From Candidatus Methylacidiphilales bacterium (GTDB lineage Bacteria > Verrucomicrobiota > Verrucomicrobiia > Methylacidiphilales > UBA1321), in NCBI GenBank assembly GCA_041287705.1, contig JBGGNE010000021.1, positions 12,282-76,281 on the forward strand: a stretch of 64,000 bases of DNA, written 5' to 3'. Made by a program: the position numbers and the translations under genes. This document shows positions 27,274-37,883 of this stretch, in pieces (the stretch's first letter is position 1; every line of letters begins with the position of its first letter). Under the pieces are notes generated by a model. It did no database searches and had not been told where the DNA came from. It was given only the letters and a program-made list of their open reading frames with translations.

Positions 27274-28638
27274 CTATTTGCTATCCAGTTCGGCTTCAGT
27301 CATTGGCTCCAGGTGCTCGTTCAGATCGAAGAGCAGGCCGCTGCCTTCGCGTCGAGCCAGAAATTCGCCCACCAGGAAGAGTGAACCTGCAACCAGCACC
27401 GGACGTTCCGCAGCGCTGACAATTTCCTGAATCTCCTCCCAGGCCGCGCCCAGATTCGCGAATGCGCGCGAGCGATGGCCGAACAGCCCCGCCACCTGAA
27501 ACGGATCCGAACTGCGAGCGCTGGAAACGCCAACAACAAACACCTCGTCCGCCAGAGTACCCAGCATTGGTGCCATGGTGTCCCAGCTTTTATCCTGTAA
27601 AAAGCCGCACACCAGTACGCAGCGGCGATCCCGATAAGCAGACTGCCACGTCTCCACCAAGCGCTGAACCGCGTCCGGATTGTGCGCCCCATCCACCACC
27701 ACTGGCGGATCCGCGCGCAGCACCTGAAAGCGACCTGGCCAGACCGCCTCGGCAAGACCATCCGTCATCATTGCGTCCGTTATAAAACAGCGCGCCCGCT
27801 TGCGCAGCAATTGCAGCGTCGCCAAAGCACATGCGGCATTGCGCACCTGATGCGGTCCCAGAAGGCCGAGCGAGTACTTCTTCTCCCCTATTCTAGTGCG
27901 CTGGCGACCACGAACAATTCCCAGATTTCGGGCATGATGCGGCGACACATGCTCAAACGGCGCATCCAGTTCATCTGCCTTGCGGCGGATGACTTCCAGA
28001 GCTTCGGGATCAAGAACGCCGGACACAACGGGAACTCCCGGCTTGATGATCCCGGCCTTTTCGCCTGCGATCAACGCCAGAGTGTTGCCCAGATGCGTGG
28101 CGTGATCCATTGCGATGGACGTAATGACCGAGCACTCCGGCGTCACGATGTTTGTGGCGTCAAAGCGACCGCCAAGCCCAGTTTCCCAGACAACCCAGTC
28201 CGCCTTACTGCGCTCAAAGTACCACAGTGCAAGGGCCGTCATTACTTCAAAGAATGTCGGATGCCCCAGGAAGACATTACCGCCATCATCCGAGGCAGAA
28301 GCAGGCGCGGCCATTTGGGCCAGAATAGGTTGAAGAGTTTCAACACCTTCTGTCAGCTCCTCCATCGAAATGGGGACGCCGTTGATCTGAATACGTTCGC
28401 AGATGGAGATAAGGTGCGGGCTGGTAAACATACCAACCCGATAGCCCGCTTTGCGAAGGCACGATGCCAGAAACGCCGAAGTGGAGCCCTTGCCGTTGGT
28501 ACCGGCTATGTGGATAAACCGCATGCGCTCATGCGGACCGCCGATGCGTTCGGCCAGATCGCGCATGTTCTCCAGACCGAGCTTCATGCCCATCATTCGC
28601 AATCTGCCGAGAAATTCGAGAGCCTCCTGGCCGGTCAT
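27274..28638 (-). CDS. folC: Bifunctional folylpolyglutamate synthase / dihydrofolate synthase
   Basis: Mur-ligase P-loop FIHIAGTNGKGSTSAFLASCL, plus WETGLGGRFDATN and DGAHNPDA. The start is ATG 28638 (MTGQEALEFL) or 28674. Confidence 0.88.
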   Translation of the reverse strand: MTGQEALEFLGRLRMMGMKLGLENMRDLAERIGGPHERMRFIHIAGTNGKGSTSAFLASCLRKAGYRVGMFTSPHLISICERIQINGVPISMEELTEGVETLQPILAQMAAPASASDDGGNVFLGHPTFFEVMTALALWYFERSKADWVVWETGLGGRFDATNIVTPECSVITSIAMDHATHLGNTLALIAGEKAGIIKPGVPVVSGVLDPEALEVIRRKADELDAPFEHVSPHHARNLGIVRGRQRTRIGEKKYSLGLLGPHQVRNAACALATLQLLRKRARCFITDAMMTDGLAEAVWPGRFQVLRADPPVVVDGAHNPDAVQRLVETWQSAYRDRRCVLVCGFLQDKSWDTMAPMLGTLADEVFVVGVSSARSSDPFQVAGLFGHRSRAFANLGAAWEEIQEIVSAAERPVLVAGSLFLVGEFLARREGSGLLFDLNEHLEPMTEAELDSK

Positions 28639-28715
28639 AACGTCACAATAGCGAGTGCTGCCGTTGCGTGGCAAGCAATGGCAACAGCTTGATGCTTAAA
28701 GATGCACAATCTGTA

Positions 28716-29189
28716 TCAGGATTGCGGAGCAACCGCGCCGGAACCCGCCTCGGGTCCGCCAGACGTAAGCCTGTGCCAGGCTTTAAGATAGCGGTGCATG
28801 CGCTCCACGTCCTTGTCGCCAATCGCCTTGTTTCGGCGGATATCCATATTGTCTTCCAGATCGCCCAGCTTCACTTCCTTGCTCAACTCGCTGCCGGCGC
28901 TGCGCTCAACAAACTCTTCGTATGTCTCGTCATCGCGCCGGGTCACGCGATCAATCGCCGCGAGAATATGCTCCGCAAAACCTTCGCGACGAAGATCTTC
29001 CAGACCCCAGCGATGCGGGGGAACGCTGTCTTCCACCACATCGTGCAGAATGGCCACGATCCGAGCGTCGTCGGACCTCATCTTATGCATGATACGGAGC
29101 GGATGCAGAATATAGGGCTGGCCGGACTTATCCTTAAAGCCCTTGTGTGCCTGCACTGCAATCTCTAACGCGCGTTCAAGAGTGGCCAT
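28716..29189 (-). CDS. HD-domain protein resembling the RelA/SpoT hydrolase domain (small alarmone hydrolase-like)
   Basis: ALEIAVQAHKGFKDKSGQPYILHPLRIM...IVAILHDVVEDS shows the H...HD...DVVED pattern of (p)ppGpp hydrolase HD domains. It is 157 aa with no synthetase part. Confidence 0.65.
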   Translation of the reverse strand: MATLERALEIAVQAHKGFKDKSGQPYILHPLRIMHKMRSDDARIVAILHDVVEDSVPPHRWGLEDLRREGFAEHILAAIDRVTRRDDETYEEFVERSAGSELSKEVKLGDLEDNMDIRRNKAIGDKDVERMHRYLKAWHRLTSGGPEAGSGAVAPQS

Positions 29190-29243
29190 ATGAAGTAAGA
29201 TAAATAGAGTACCGGGGATGCTGTCCGTTAAATCGACGGCAGC

Positions 29244-30500
29244 TTACTTTGCCGGGATGCCCGCATTCGGCTCGAACGGCTTGCCCTGTTTCTCAAGGCC
29301 GAAAGCGTCGTGCACAGCCTGCGCAGCCTTCTGGGCCAGATCCTGGTCCACTACCACGCTGATCTTGATTTCGCTCGTACTGATCATCTGGACGTTTACA
29401 CCCGCGTGGGACAGCGCACCGAAAAGCTTGGCCGCGACACCGCTGTGAGAGCGCATACCGATGCCGACGACGGACAGCTTGCTGATACCATCCTGCGACA
29501 GGAATTCACGCGCGCCAATTTCCGTGACCACGGGGTCGATCACCTTGCGAGCCTTCGGCAGATCGTCCTTGTTCAGCGTGAAAGTGATGTCGGTTGTGCC
29601 CTGCAGGGAGACGTTCTGCACAATCATGTCGATATTCAGCTGCGCCTCGGCAATAGCCGAGAATACGCGCGCGGCCACACCGGGCTTATCCGGCACACCT
29701 GCAATCGTTACCTTGGCCTGATTCTTTTCGACACTTACGCCGCGCAATACTACATGTTCCATCGATTTGTTTTCCTCTCGGATGATCGTACCTTCGTTAT
29801 CGTTAAAGCTGGAGCGCACCTCAAAAACCACTCCAAACTTCTTGGCAAACTCCACAGAGCGCGCCTGCATTACCTTTGCGCCCAGGCTGGCCAGTTCCAG
29901 CATTTCGTCGTAGGACAGCTCTGTAATCTTGCTGGCGTTCGGCACGAGCCGTGGATCTGCCGTATAAACGCCGTCCACGTCCGTGTAGATCTGGCAGACA
30001 TCCGCCTTCACTACGGCAGCCAGCGCTATCGCCGTAAGATCCGAGCCGCCGCGGCCCAGCGTGGTGATATGGCCGCTTTCGGTCTCCCCCTGAAAACCCG
30101 CAACGATGACGACATTGCCTGCATCCAGATGCTCATGAACGCGCTTCGGCGTGATGTTCTGGATCTTGGCCTTGGTATGGATGCCATCCGTCTGGATACC
30201 CGCCTGAGCACCGGTCAGCGATACAGCAGGAATTCCCAGACCGTGCAGAGCCATGGCGGTAAGCGCGATGGTCGTCTGCTCCCCTGTCGCGAGAAGCATA
30301 TCCATTTCGCGCTCAGAGGGTTCGGTGGTCACTTCACGCGCCAGTTTGATAAGTTTATCGGTAACGCCGGACATCGCGGAAACGACGACCACTACCTTAT
30401 GGCCCTCTTTGTGCCAACGGGCAACGCGACGGGCGACATTGCGAATGCGTTCGGCATCGCCGACGGATGTGCCCCCGTATTTCTGAACAATAAGCGACAT
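29244..30500 (-). CDS. lysC: Aspartate kinase with two C-terminal ACT domains
   Basis: MSLIVQKYGGTSVGDAERI..., VVVVSAMSGVTD and LGRGGSDLTA, with ACT regions at the C-terminus. Confidence 0.95.
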   Translation of the reverse strand: MSLIVQKYGGTSVGDAERIRNVARRVARWHKEGHKVVVVVSAMSGVTDKLIKLAREVTTEPSEREMDMLLATGEQTTIALTAMALHGLGIPAVSLTGAQAGIQTDGIHTKAKIQNITPKRVHEHLDAGNVVIVAGFQGETESGHITTLGRGGSDLTAIALAAVVKADVCQIYTDVDGVYTADPRLVPNASKITELSYDEMLELASLGAKVMQARSVEFAKKFGVVFEVRSSFNDNEGTIIREENKSMEHVVLRGVSVEKNQAKVTIAGVPDKPGVAARVFSAIAEAQLNIDMIVQNVSLQGTTDITFTLNKDDLPKARKVIDPVVTEIGAREFLSQDGISKLSVVGIGMRSHSGVAAKLFGALSHAGVNVQMISTSEIKISVVVDQDLAQKAAQAVHDAFGLEKQGKPFEPNAGIPAK

Positions 30501-30904
30501 GGGAAGTTAAAAGGAAAGCGATCAGACATAGCAGCCTGTACGCGGAACGCAAGCATTCTGCAAAAAATGGGCACCATTGCGAATCGTGGCTTATCCCGAA
30601 GGCGCAGCAACATGACAGAAAAAGATCGCAATGTTGCACCCGCGGAATGCTGATCTTCTTTGCCCGCTTCCTGCACTTTCTTAAGTGCAGTTCATACGTT
30701 TTGAAGAAATAAAGTTCGAATTGACCACTCATCACTTTGTCTCTAAACATAACTACTTCATCCCACCTGGAGGATATATGAACAAAAATAACAACACATC
30801 TATCAGCGCACTGCAGTTCGAAAACATCTCCTTTTTTCGAGCCGACAAGTAAGAGACGCCGCGGTTACCCGTCCGAGACACGCGTCCGGAAAGGCATCAG
30901 GATC

Positions 30905-31040
30905 GTGCACGGCGACAAAGAGTTGCACGAGAAGTTGGGCCGCAAAGATTTATGCCCGTGCGGCTCCGGGAGGAAATTTCCGCAAATGCTGCCTGCAGAC
31001 CGGGCGGCACGACGGCTCCCTCCGTGACCACTACTTTTAG
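30905..31040 (+). pseudogene. Small SEC-C-motif ORF interrupted by a 1-nt frameshift
   Basis: Frame A reads ...[24 protein letters not shown] then PQMLPAD.... Shifting by one nucleotide at tttccgc gives ...[19 protein letters not shown], restoring a perfect C-P-C-G-S-G-x-K-F-x-K-C-C SecA-type zinc motif. The start codon is uncertain (GTG 30905). Confidence 0.35.
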
Positions 31041-31065
31041 AGAATAAGTAGGTATCAATATTCAC

Positions 31066-31103
31066 AACGCCGCGCCCTTTATCCGGGCGCGGCGTTGCTT
31101 TTT
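31066..31103 (+). terminator. Rho-independent (probably bidirectional) terminator
   Basis: aacgccgcgccc / tttatcc / gggcgcggcgtt forms a 12-bp perfect stem followed by gcttttt. It lies between convergent units and ends 12 nt before the GH2 stop. Confidence 0.75.
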
Positions 31104-31114
31104 CTGGAATCAGA

Positions 31115-32926
31115 CTATTCCTCTATCGCTGCTTTAAGTATCTGCGCGGCTCGAATGCGGGCCATATCAAACTTCAGGCTGCGATCGAATCCGTAAATGC
31201 CGTTCTGCTCCTGAAAGACGTCGGTAAGCTGCGTGTAGCAGTAGCCAAACATGCCTGCGTTATCCAGAAGAGCCGCGCACAGCCCTTCGAACCGCGCGTA
31301 AAACTCCTCAATACTCACAGGACGTTTTCCATATCCCCACGAAGCGTCACCAGGCCGCGCGGCAGGATTCCACCAGATGCCGCCAAACTCGCTGACAAAA
31401 TACGGCTGCCCGTGATAAGGCACACACCAGGCCGACCCGTTCTCGTTATTGATAAACGGATTGCCTGCGGCGGCACCTGCATGGCGCGCACGGAAAGACT
31501 CAGGATCCTGGTCGTAATCGTGCGAGTCGTAGATATCGGTATCCGGCACGCGATGAGAGTAACCTGAGGCGTCGAGCACTGGTCGTGTTTTATCCAGTGC
31601 CTTCGTGGCAAAGAACATCGCGCGAGCGGCATCTTCCAGCGCCGAAATCCGACCCTGTGTCCGTTCGTACGATTCATTCATAGGGCACCAGCCAATGATG
31701 CTGGGGTGGGAGTAATCGCGCTCCACGGCTTCAAGCCACTCGCCCACATAGCTGGTGCTGAACTTCTGGTGATGGTCATGGTGCGGTCCCTGGACACAAT
31801 CCCAGTCCGGAAACTCGCCCCATACCAGGTAGCCCATCTTATCCGCATGATACAGAAAGCGCTCCTCAAAGACTTTCTGGTGGAGACGCGCGCCATTAAA
31901 TCCTGCCTCCAGGCTCAGCTGAATATCGCGCTTTAAAGCCTCGTCGGATGGTGCCGTAAGCAATCCGTCTTCATACCACCCCTGATCCAGCACCAGCCGC
32001 TGGAAGACGCTTCGGCCATTGATCTTAACCATGTAACCATCAATGGAAACAGAGCGCAGTCCACCATAAGTCCGAATCTTATCTATGACATTCCCGTCCA
32101 CTCCAACCAGCTCCACGTCGATGTCGTGCAGAAACGGATCTTCAGGGCTCCACAATCGCCGTCTGTCTGCGGGTAGCTGTAAATCCAGAGATACCGAAAA
32201 GCCCTCCGCCGGTTGTGTCGCTTCCGCGATAACTGAGCCGTCTTCATCCTTCACTGTAGCGTGCACGGATACGCCTCCGCCGACTGCAAAGGACTTGCGA
32301 TTGCCACTTAACGGCAACTCCAGAAGAAAGATGCCCCGCGAAATATTCGGCGAAACGCGAGGACGTCCCAGCCATGCCTCATTTACTGGCTCCAGCCATA
32401 CGCTCTGCCAAATGCCCGTGACTCGCGTGTACAGGCAGCCGTACTTGCCGAACGAGGAAGTCTGCTTGCCACGCGGTTGTGAATCCGTGGCGTTATCCCG
32501 CGCGCGAACCACTATTTCGGCCTTCTGCCCAGCCTCAGCCACACCTGTCAGGTTACATGCGAAAGGAGTGAATCCTCCCCGGTGGCTGCCGACCTGTGTT
32601 CCATTTACCCAAACTGTTGCATCATAATCCACCGCCTGAAAGTGAAGCAACACAGAGCGTCCCTCCCATGCGGAGGGAATCTGCACGGTGCGCCGATACC
32701 AAACCGCATTGAGAAAATCTGTATTGGCGATGCCGGATAAAACGGATTCCGGGCAAAATGGCACCGTAATCTGGCTAACCAGCGGACGGGTAAGCAGACC
32801 TCGCTCTTCTCCGGAATCTCCCTGATCTGTCTCGAATTCCCATTGGCCATTCAGACAGAGCCAGTCAGTACGGACACACTGAGGACGAGGATATTCCAGA
32901 CGCGGAATAACAGTAGTGGATTGCAT
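31115..32926 (-). CDS. Glycoside hydrolase family 2 (beta-galactosidase/beta-glucuronidase-like), ~604 aa
   Basis: NAVWYRRTVQIPSAWEGRSVLLHFQAVDYDATVWVNGTQVGSHRGGFTPF is the GH2 sugar-binding domain, and NGARLHQKV...WCPMNES contains the acid/base NE. The start is at ATG 32926 (MQSTTVIPRLEYPRPQ). The 258-aa upstream extension in the ORF track overlaps the AraC gene and is Arg-rich. Confidence 0.85.
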   Translation of the reverse strand: MQSTTVIPRLEYPRPQCVRTDWLCLNGQWEFETDQGDSGEERGLLTRPLVSQITVPFCPESVLSGIANTDFLNAVWYRRTVQIPSAWEGRSVLLHFQAVDYDATVWVNGTQVGSHRGGFTPFACNLTGVAEAGQKAEIVVRARDNATDSQPRGKQTSSFGKYGCLYTRVTGIWQSVWLEPVNEAWLGRPRVSPNISRGIFLLELPLSGNRKSFAVGGGVSVHATVKDEDGSVIAEATQPAEGFSVSLDLQLPADRRRLWSPEDPFLHDIDVELVGVDGNVIDKIRTYGGLRSVSIDGYMVKINGRSVFQRLVLDQGWYEDGLLTAPSDEALKRDIQLSLEAGFNGARLHQKVFEERFLYHADKMGYLVWGEFPDWDCVQGPHHDHHQKFSTSYVGEWLEAVERDYSHPSIIGWCPMNESYERTQGRISALEDAARAMFFATKALDKTRPVLDASGYSHRVPDTDIYDSHDYDQDPESFRARHAGAAAGNPFINNENGSAWCVPYHGQPYFVSEFGGIWWNPAARPGDASWGYGKRPVSIEEFYARFEGLCAALLDNAGMFGYCYTQLTDVFQEQNGIYGFDRSLKFDMARIRAAQILKAAIEE

Positions 32927-33001
32927 ATATATGAAGTAAAATTCTGCACTGGAATCACCAGCAAAGTCCCGATATCGTGCCAAAATTTCAATAAATGCGC
33001 T

Positions 33002-33877
33002 ATGGGTGAAATCCTGAAAACCATTGGTGAAATCCACTCCATCGGTGCATCCACTAAAGAAACGATTGTATCGCCCGCGCAATGCCCTGCGCTTCTTCAG
33101 CACCACATTCTTCTCGCCGGCATCTCGGAGGCTGGCCCGGACTTCTCGTTCATCCGATTCCGCCCCGGCAAGAGTCAGATTCTGGCCTGTACCCATGGTC
33201 GCGGCGAAGTATGGCTGCCAAATGAGGAGACAGATCACAACTCGATCGAAACCCAGGGCAAATGGCATCCATGCACGGCAGGCGAGACATACGTTACCTC
33301 GGCCACGGCAGCGCATGGGTATCACGCCAGACGCCGGCAACCGTGGCGAGTGTGCTGGGTGGTGTATGATTTGCCGGCCATGGATCAGGCTCGCCCGCAA
33401 CCTTTTCTTGCACAATCTGATACGCGGTTGCTCCAGAGTGCGCTCACCGGGCTTTGTCAGGAAGCATCCGGCGTTGCCGATCCCGCGCTGCTGGAGGACT
33501 GGGCGCGGCTGGTGCATATTTATGCCATGCGCACGATTCAGCGCCCGCCGGATCCCCGACGTCTTCGAGCGCTCTGGGAAACTGCCGGCGCCTCGCTGGC
33601 TCGTCCCTGGAGTCTGGATGATCTGGCAAAGGCAGCTGGAATGGGTGCCGAACAGCTCCGTCGAGTATGTCTTCGCGAAACGGGCCGCAGCCCCATGCAG
33701 CATCTTACCAGTTTGCGAATAACACGCGCCACCGCGTTGCTGGCCACCGGCCGCAGCGTTAAAGAAGTCGCGCCTGCCGTTGGCTATCAGAATGAGTTCG
33801 CCTTTTCCAGCACTTACAGCCGCTGGACCGGGCGCAGCCCTTCAAGTGTTCCCAAACCACAGCCGATGCCTGAGTAG
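33002..33877 (+). CDS. AraC-family transcriptional regulator
   Basis: The C-terminal HTH is LDDLAKAAGMGAEQLRRVCLRETGRSPMQHLTSLRITRATALLATGRSVKEVAPAVGYQNEFAFSSTYSRWTGRSP. The start at ATG 33002 leaves a 75-bp divergent spacer to the GH2 gene. Confidence 0.8.
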   Translation: MGEILKTIGEIHSIGASTKETIVSPAQCPALLQHHILLAGISEAGPDFSFIRFRPGKSQILACTHGRGEVWLPNEETDHNSIETQGKWHPCTAGETYVTSATAAHGYHARRRQPWRVCWVVYDLPAMDQARPQPFLAQSDTRLLQSALTGLCQEASGVADPALLEDWARLVHIYAMRTIQRPPDPRRLRALWETAGASLARPWSLDDLAKAAGMGAEQLRRVCLRETGRSPMQHLTSLRITRATALLATGRSVKEVAPAVGYQNEFAFSSTYSRWTGRSPSSVPKPQPMPE

Positions 33878-34147
33878 ATAAACCTGAGCCGTGCCGGCAT
33901 TGCAGATGTAAAGCTTAACATTAATCTTCATACGTTGAAGCGCCCAAGCTTCTTAAATAAGAGCCATGCACACAATGACACCATCGGCACGACAGATTAC
34001 ATGAAGTGACGGAAAATATATTTCATTTAGCCAGTTAATTTTTGCACGATAAAGTCGAGGTGGTTTAGATAACCAGGTAAAACTTTCTTTGATAGAGTTG
34101 ATTTAAGCACATTATTGAACAACTCTTGAATTTTCTATGTTCTTTGA

Positions 34148-34177
34148 CAAGAACATTGATTTTGAAAAATGTTCTTG
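34148..34177. promoter_or_regulatory. Perfect 10-bp inverted repeat (candidate operator) overlapping a TTGACA box upstream of the LacI-family gene
   Basis: caagaacatt-N10-aatgttcttg. ttgaca lies at 34144-34149, and the repeat ends 18 bp before the LacI-family start codon. Confidence 0.3.
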
Positions 34178-34194
34178 GTACTATAGGGCTAGAA

Positions 34195-35325
34195 ATGAGC
34201 GAGACCGATAGTCCCGTTACACTAAAGATGATTGCTCAGGTGGCAGGTGTCACCCATCCTACAGTGTCACGCGCGTTGCGCAACGATTCGCGCAATATCA
34301 GCGAGGCCACGTGCAAGCGTATTCAGGAGATTGCCCGATCCCTGGGATATCGCCCCGATCCCGCAATGTCCGCACTCATCGCCCACCGCACACGTGTACG
34401 GCATCAGGGCGAGTATAACAAAATCGTGGTGCTCAACGCCTGGGGTACTCAGCCTTTACCGCCCTATTTTCAGGAACAGCTGCACGGGATGACGACCAAG
34501 GCTGCGGCCCTTGGCTATCAGATCGACCTGCTTCCCGTGCCTGTAGACACTTCCGCCCAGGCGCATCTTTCCCGCACTCTGGTGTCGCGTGGTATCCGCG
34601 GAATCATTGTGGGGCCGCTGCCCGTTTCGCGACCCCACGTGCAGCTAGAGTGGAAACACTTCTCCGCGGTAACTACCGGCTACAGCCTCGCTTCTCCCTC
34701 CCTGCCCTATGTGGCGTCCAATCACCTTCAGTCCATAGAAACGATCTACGAGCAGTTGCGTTTGCTGGGTTATCGCAAGATAGGCTTCTTTCATCACCGC
34801 GATTCCGAACGGCGCAACCGCCACCTTTACCTGGCCTCGTACCTTAAATGTCTGGTGCTGGATGGAATGACGCATGACGAAGCGCCACCTCTCCTGACAA
34901 GCGACGCCCATAATCCCAATCCTCTGGACTGGATCACACGGCATGGTTTCGAGGCGGTCATCTGCGGGTGGCACGAGTCCCAACACCTGATGTCGAACAT
35001 GGAGAGCAAAGGTCTCCGCGTTCCCGACGATTTGGGCATCGCCTCTTTCGGTATCTCACACGATACTCTTACCAAGATGTCCGGCCTTGCCGAGGACTGG
35101 GTCAACATTGGCACTGAAGCCGTGGCTCTCCTGCAATCGCTAATTCTGGCAGGCAAGCGCGGTCTGCCGGAACAGCGCACGGCCATCCTGATCGACGGCA
35201 AATGGAAACAGGGTGAGACCGTGCGTGGAGAGACAATCTCCACAGCAGTTGCTCCGTCAAAAAAAGAAGACTCATGCGCCGCCGCATGGATTGAAGCGCC
35301 GGAACCGCTCGCGGAGCGCTCGTGA
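34195..35325 (+). CDS. LacI-family transcriptional regulator
   Basis: The N-terminal HTH is VTLKMIAQVAGVTHPTVSRALRND, followed by a periplasmic-binding-protein-like fold. The start is ATG 34195. Confidence 0.85.
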   Translation: MSETDSPVTLKMIAQVAGVTHPTVSRALRNDSRNISEATCKRIQEIARSLGYRPDPAMSALIAHRTRVRHQGEYNKIVVLNAWGTQPLPPYFQEQLHGMTTKAAALGYQIDLLPVPVDTSAQAHLSRTLVSRGIRGIIVGPLPVSRPHVQLEWKHFSAVTTGYSLASPSLPYVASNHLQSIETIYEQLRLLGYRKIGFFHHRDSERRNRHLYLASYLKCLVLDGMTHDEAPPLLTSDAHNPNPLDWITRHGFEAVICGWHESQHLMSNMESKGLRVPDDLGIASFGISHDTLTKMSGLAEDWVNIGTEAVALLQSLILAGKRGLPEQRTAILIDGKWKQGETVRGETISTAVAPSKKEDSCAAAWIEAPEPLAERS

Positions 35326-35354
35326 TTAATGATCGGTTATTGGTTTCGTTCCCG

Positions 35355-35693
35355 TTAAGGCCAACAGATAAAGAAGTACCACGTCCAGACTATCAGCATT
35401 AACTGAACGGGCGTGCGTACATACAAATAGCGCAGCCCACCTTCATGGCCTCCCAGTGGTATATGTTTTAAAGCGGCATGGACATTGATGGGGAATACCG
35501 CTGCACAGAACAGGATGATACCTACGCCATACCATGCCATCCAGGGCTCCAGGTTGCTTAACTGATTCAGCGCTATTATGCCAAGCCCTATAGCAAATTC
35601 CATAATGCCGGAGATCCAGACTATCTCTTTACGATAAGGATAGCCGGGGGCCAGCACAAAATGCAGGCACGCAAAGCCACACTGCCAGAGCAA
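35355..35693 (-). CDS. Small integral membrane protein (DoxX-like?)
   Basis: 112 aa with three or four hydrophobic helices and a TTG start. The family assignment is tentative. Confidence 0.4.
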   Translation of the reverse strand: MLWQCGFACLHFVLAPGYPYRKEIVWISGIMEFAIGLGIIALNQLSNLEPWMAWYGVGIILFCAAVFPINVHAALKHIPLGGHEGGLRYLYVRTPVQLMLIVWTWYFFICWP

Positions 35694-35910
35694 CTTTCAG
35701 AATTTGTGGAATCAGCATTATCGGCAAATTTCGTCCGACTTATTCGGTCTCTGCATCGGCATCATTCCAGCACAACTCTCTGAAACGGGCTTTTCCCGGA
35801 TCATAGGGACAGTCCAGCTTCCTTGTCTGCACAGACCCAAAGCCGATAAAACAAAGCTGATTCCCAAGATAAACAAAGACAGGGAAAACCTGAAAACTGG
35901 AAAACCAAAG

Positions 35911-35934
35911 CAAAAATCCCTTCGTGAAAAAGGG
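35911..35934 (-). terminator. Terminator hairpin directly after tRNA-Gly copy 1
   Basis: The minus strand reads tccctt-tttcacg-aaggga-ttttt immediately after the discriminator base. Confidence 0.55.
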
Positions 35935-36007
<73 letters not shown>

Positions 36008-36230
36008 ATGGGTAACTTCATCTGAGTCGCTTAAGATGCACGAACCGCCTGAACTTGGCAAGCGATTCCTGAAAGAAATTTACGAATTCTTTTCGCGGCC
36101 GTTTTTCCCGGCAAAACAATCAGCTAATCTTCCAGGCAGGGATGTGGACATGCAAATCAGGACGCAGGAAAGCATTCGGACGCCCGTAATCCTACGTGAA
36201 GCTAATAGCACAAAACCAAAAGACTGCGAC

Positions 36231-36253
36231 AAAATCCCTTTGTGAAAAAAGGG
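36231..36253 (-). terminator. Terminator hairpin directly after tRNA-Gly copy 2
   Basis: The minus strand reads tcccttt-tttcac-aaaggga-ttttg. Confidence 0.55.
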
Positions 36254-36326
<73 letters not shown>

Positions 36327-36746
36327 ATGGGTAACTTCGACTGAGGCGAACAACATGCACTATCAGGCGAATTTTGCCAAGCGCTTTTTTGAAAAAAGTT
36401 TCAGGAAAGGCAATTCAGGACATATAACACTGAATTTAAATAACTGGCTATAAGACGCTTAGAAGATCACCACAAAATCCGGAAGCTCGCGAAAACGACT
36501 GGAACCGCAGGAGCCCTTCATTCGATTCGCCGCCGAATTATGCCACAGTTGTCACCCACGGCATGCTCTACAAGTCCTCTTTCGGCCCGTGCATCTGTGT
36601 CGATAGCCATAGTGAACGATACTCGCCTATTTTCAGCATTGCACGCAGGGTGCTCACACCGCTAGGATGGCGCCTTCTTATTCAGGCGTTCCAGCGCGAT
36701 CATAACAAAATCCTTGCAGCCACATCCCTTTAGGTAGCCAAGACCG

Positions 36747-37802
<1,056 letters not shown>

Positions 37803-37883
37803 ACAGCGGTGCAGCAGCAACCCTCGCATCTGCTCCTCCCATAATATCCAGTGCAACGCCAATTCTGCCCGGACGAACCCGAG

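Noticed and set aside
30501-30720. Possible lysine (L-box) riboswitch in the ~220-nt lysC leader
   Set aside because: Several hairpins are present (ctgcactt/aagtgcag, gcaacat/atgttgc). I could not find the conserved L-box elements (GAGGCGC P1, CCGAAGGGG-type junctions, UGGAGAGC). It may still be a regulatory leader, and cmscan would settle this.
32927-33703. 258-aa N-terminal extension of the GH2 ORF in the track (31115..33703)
   Set aside because: The extension is Arg-rich, has no GH2 counterpart and fully overlaps the AraC gene on the other strand. The internal ATG at 32926 gives a normal ~604-aa GH2 starting MQSTTVIPRLEYPRPQ.
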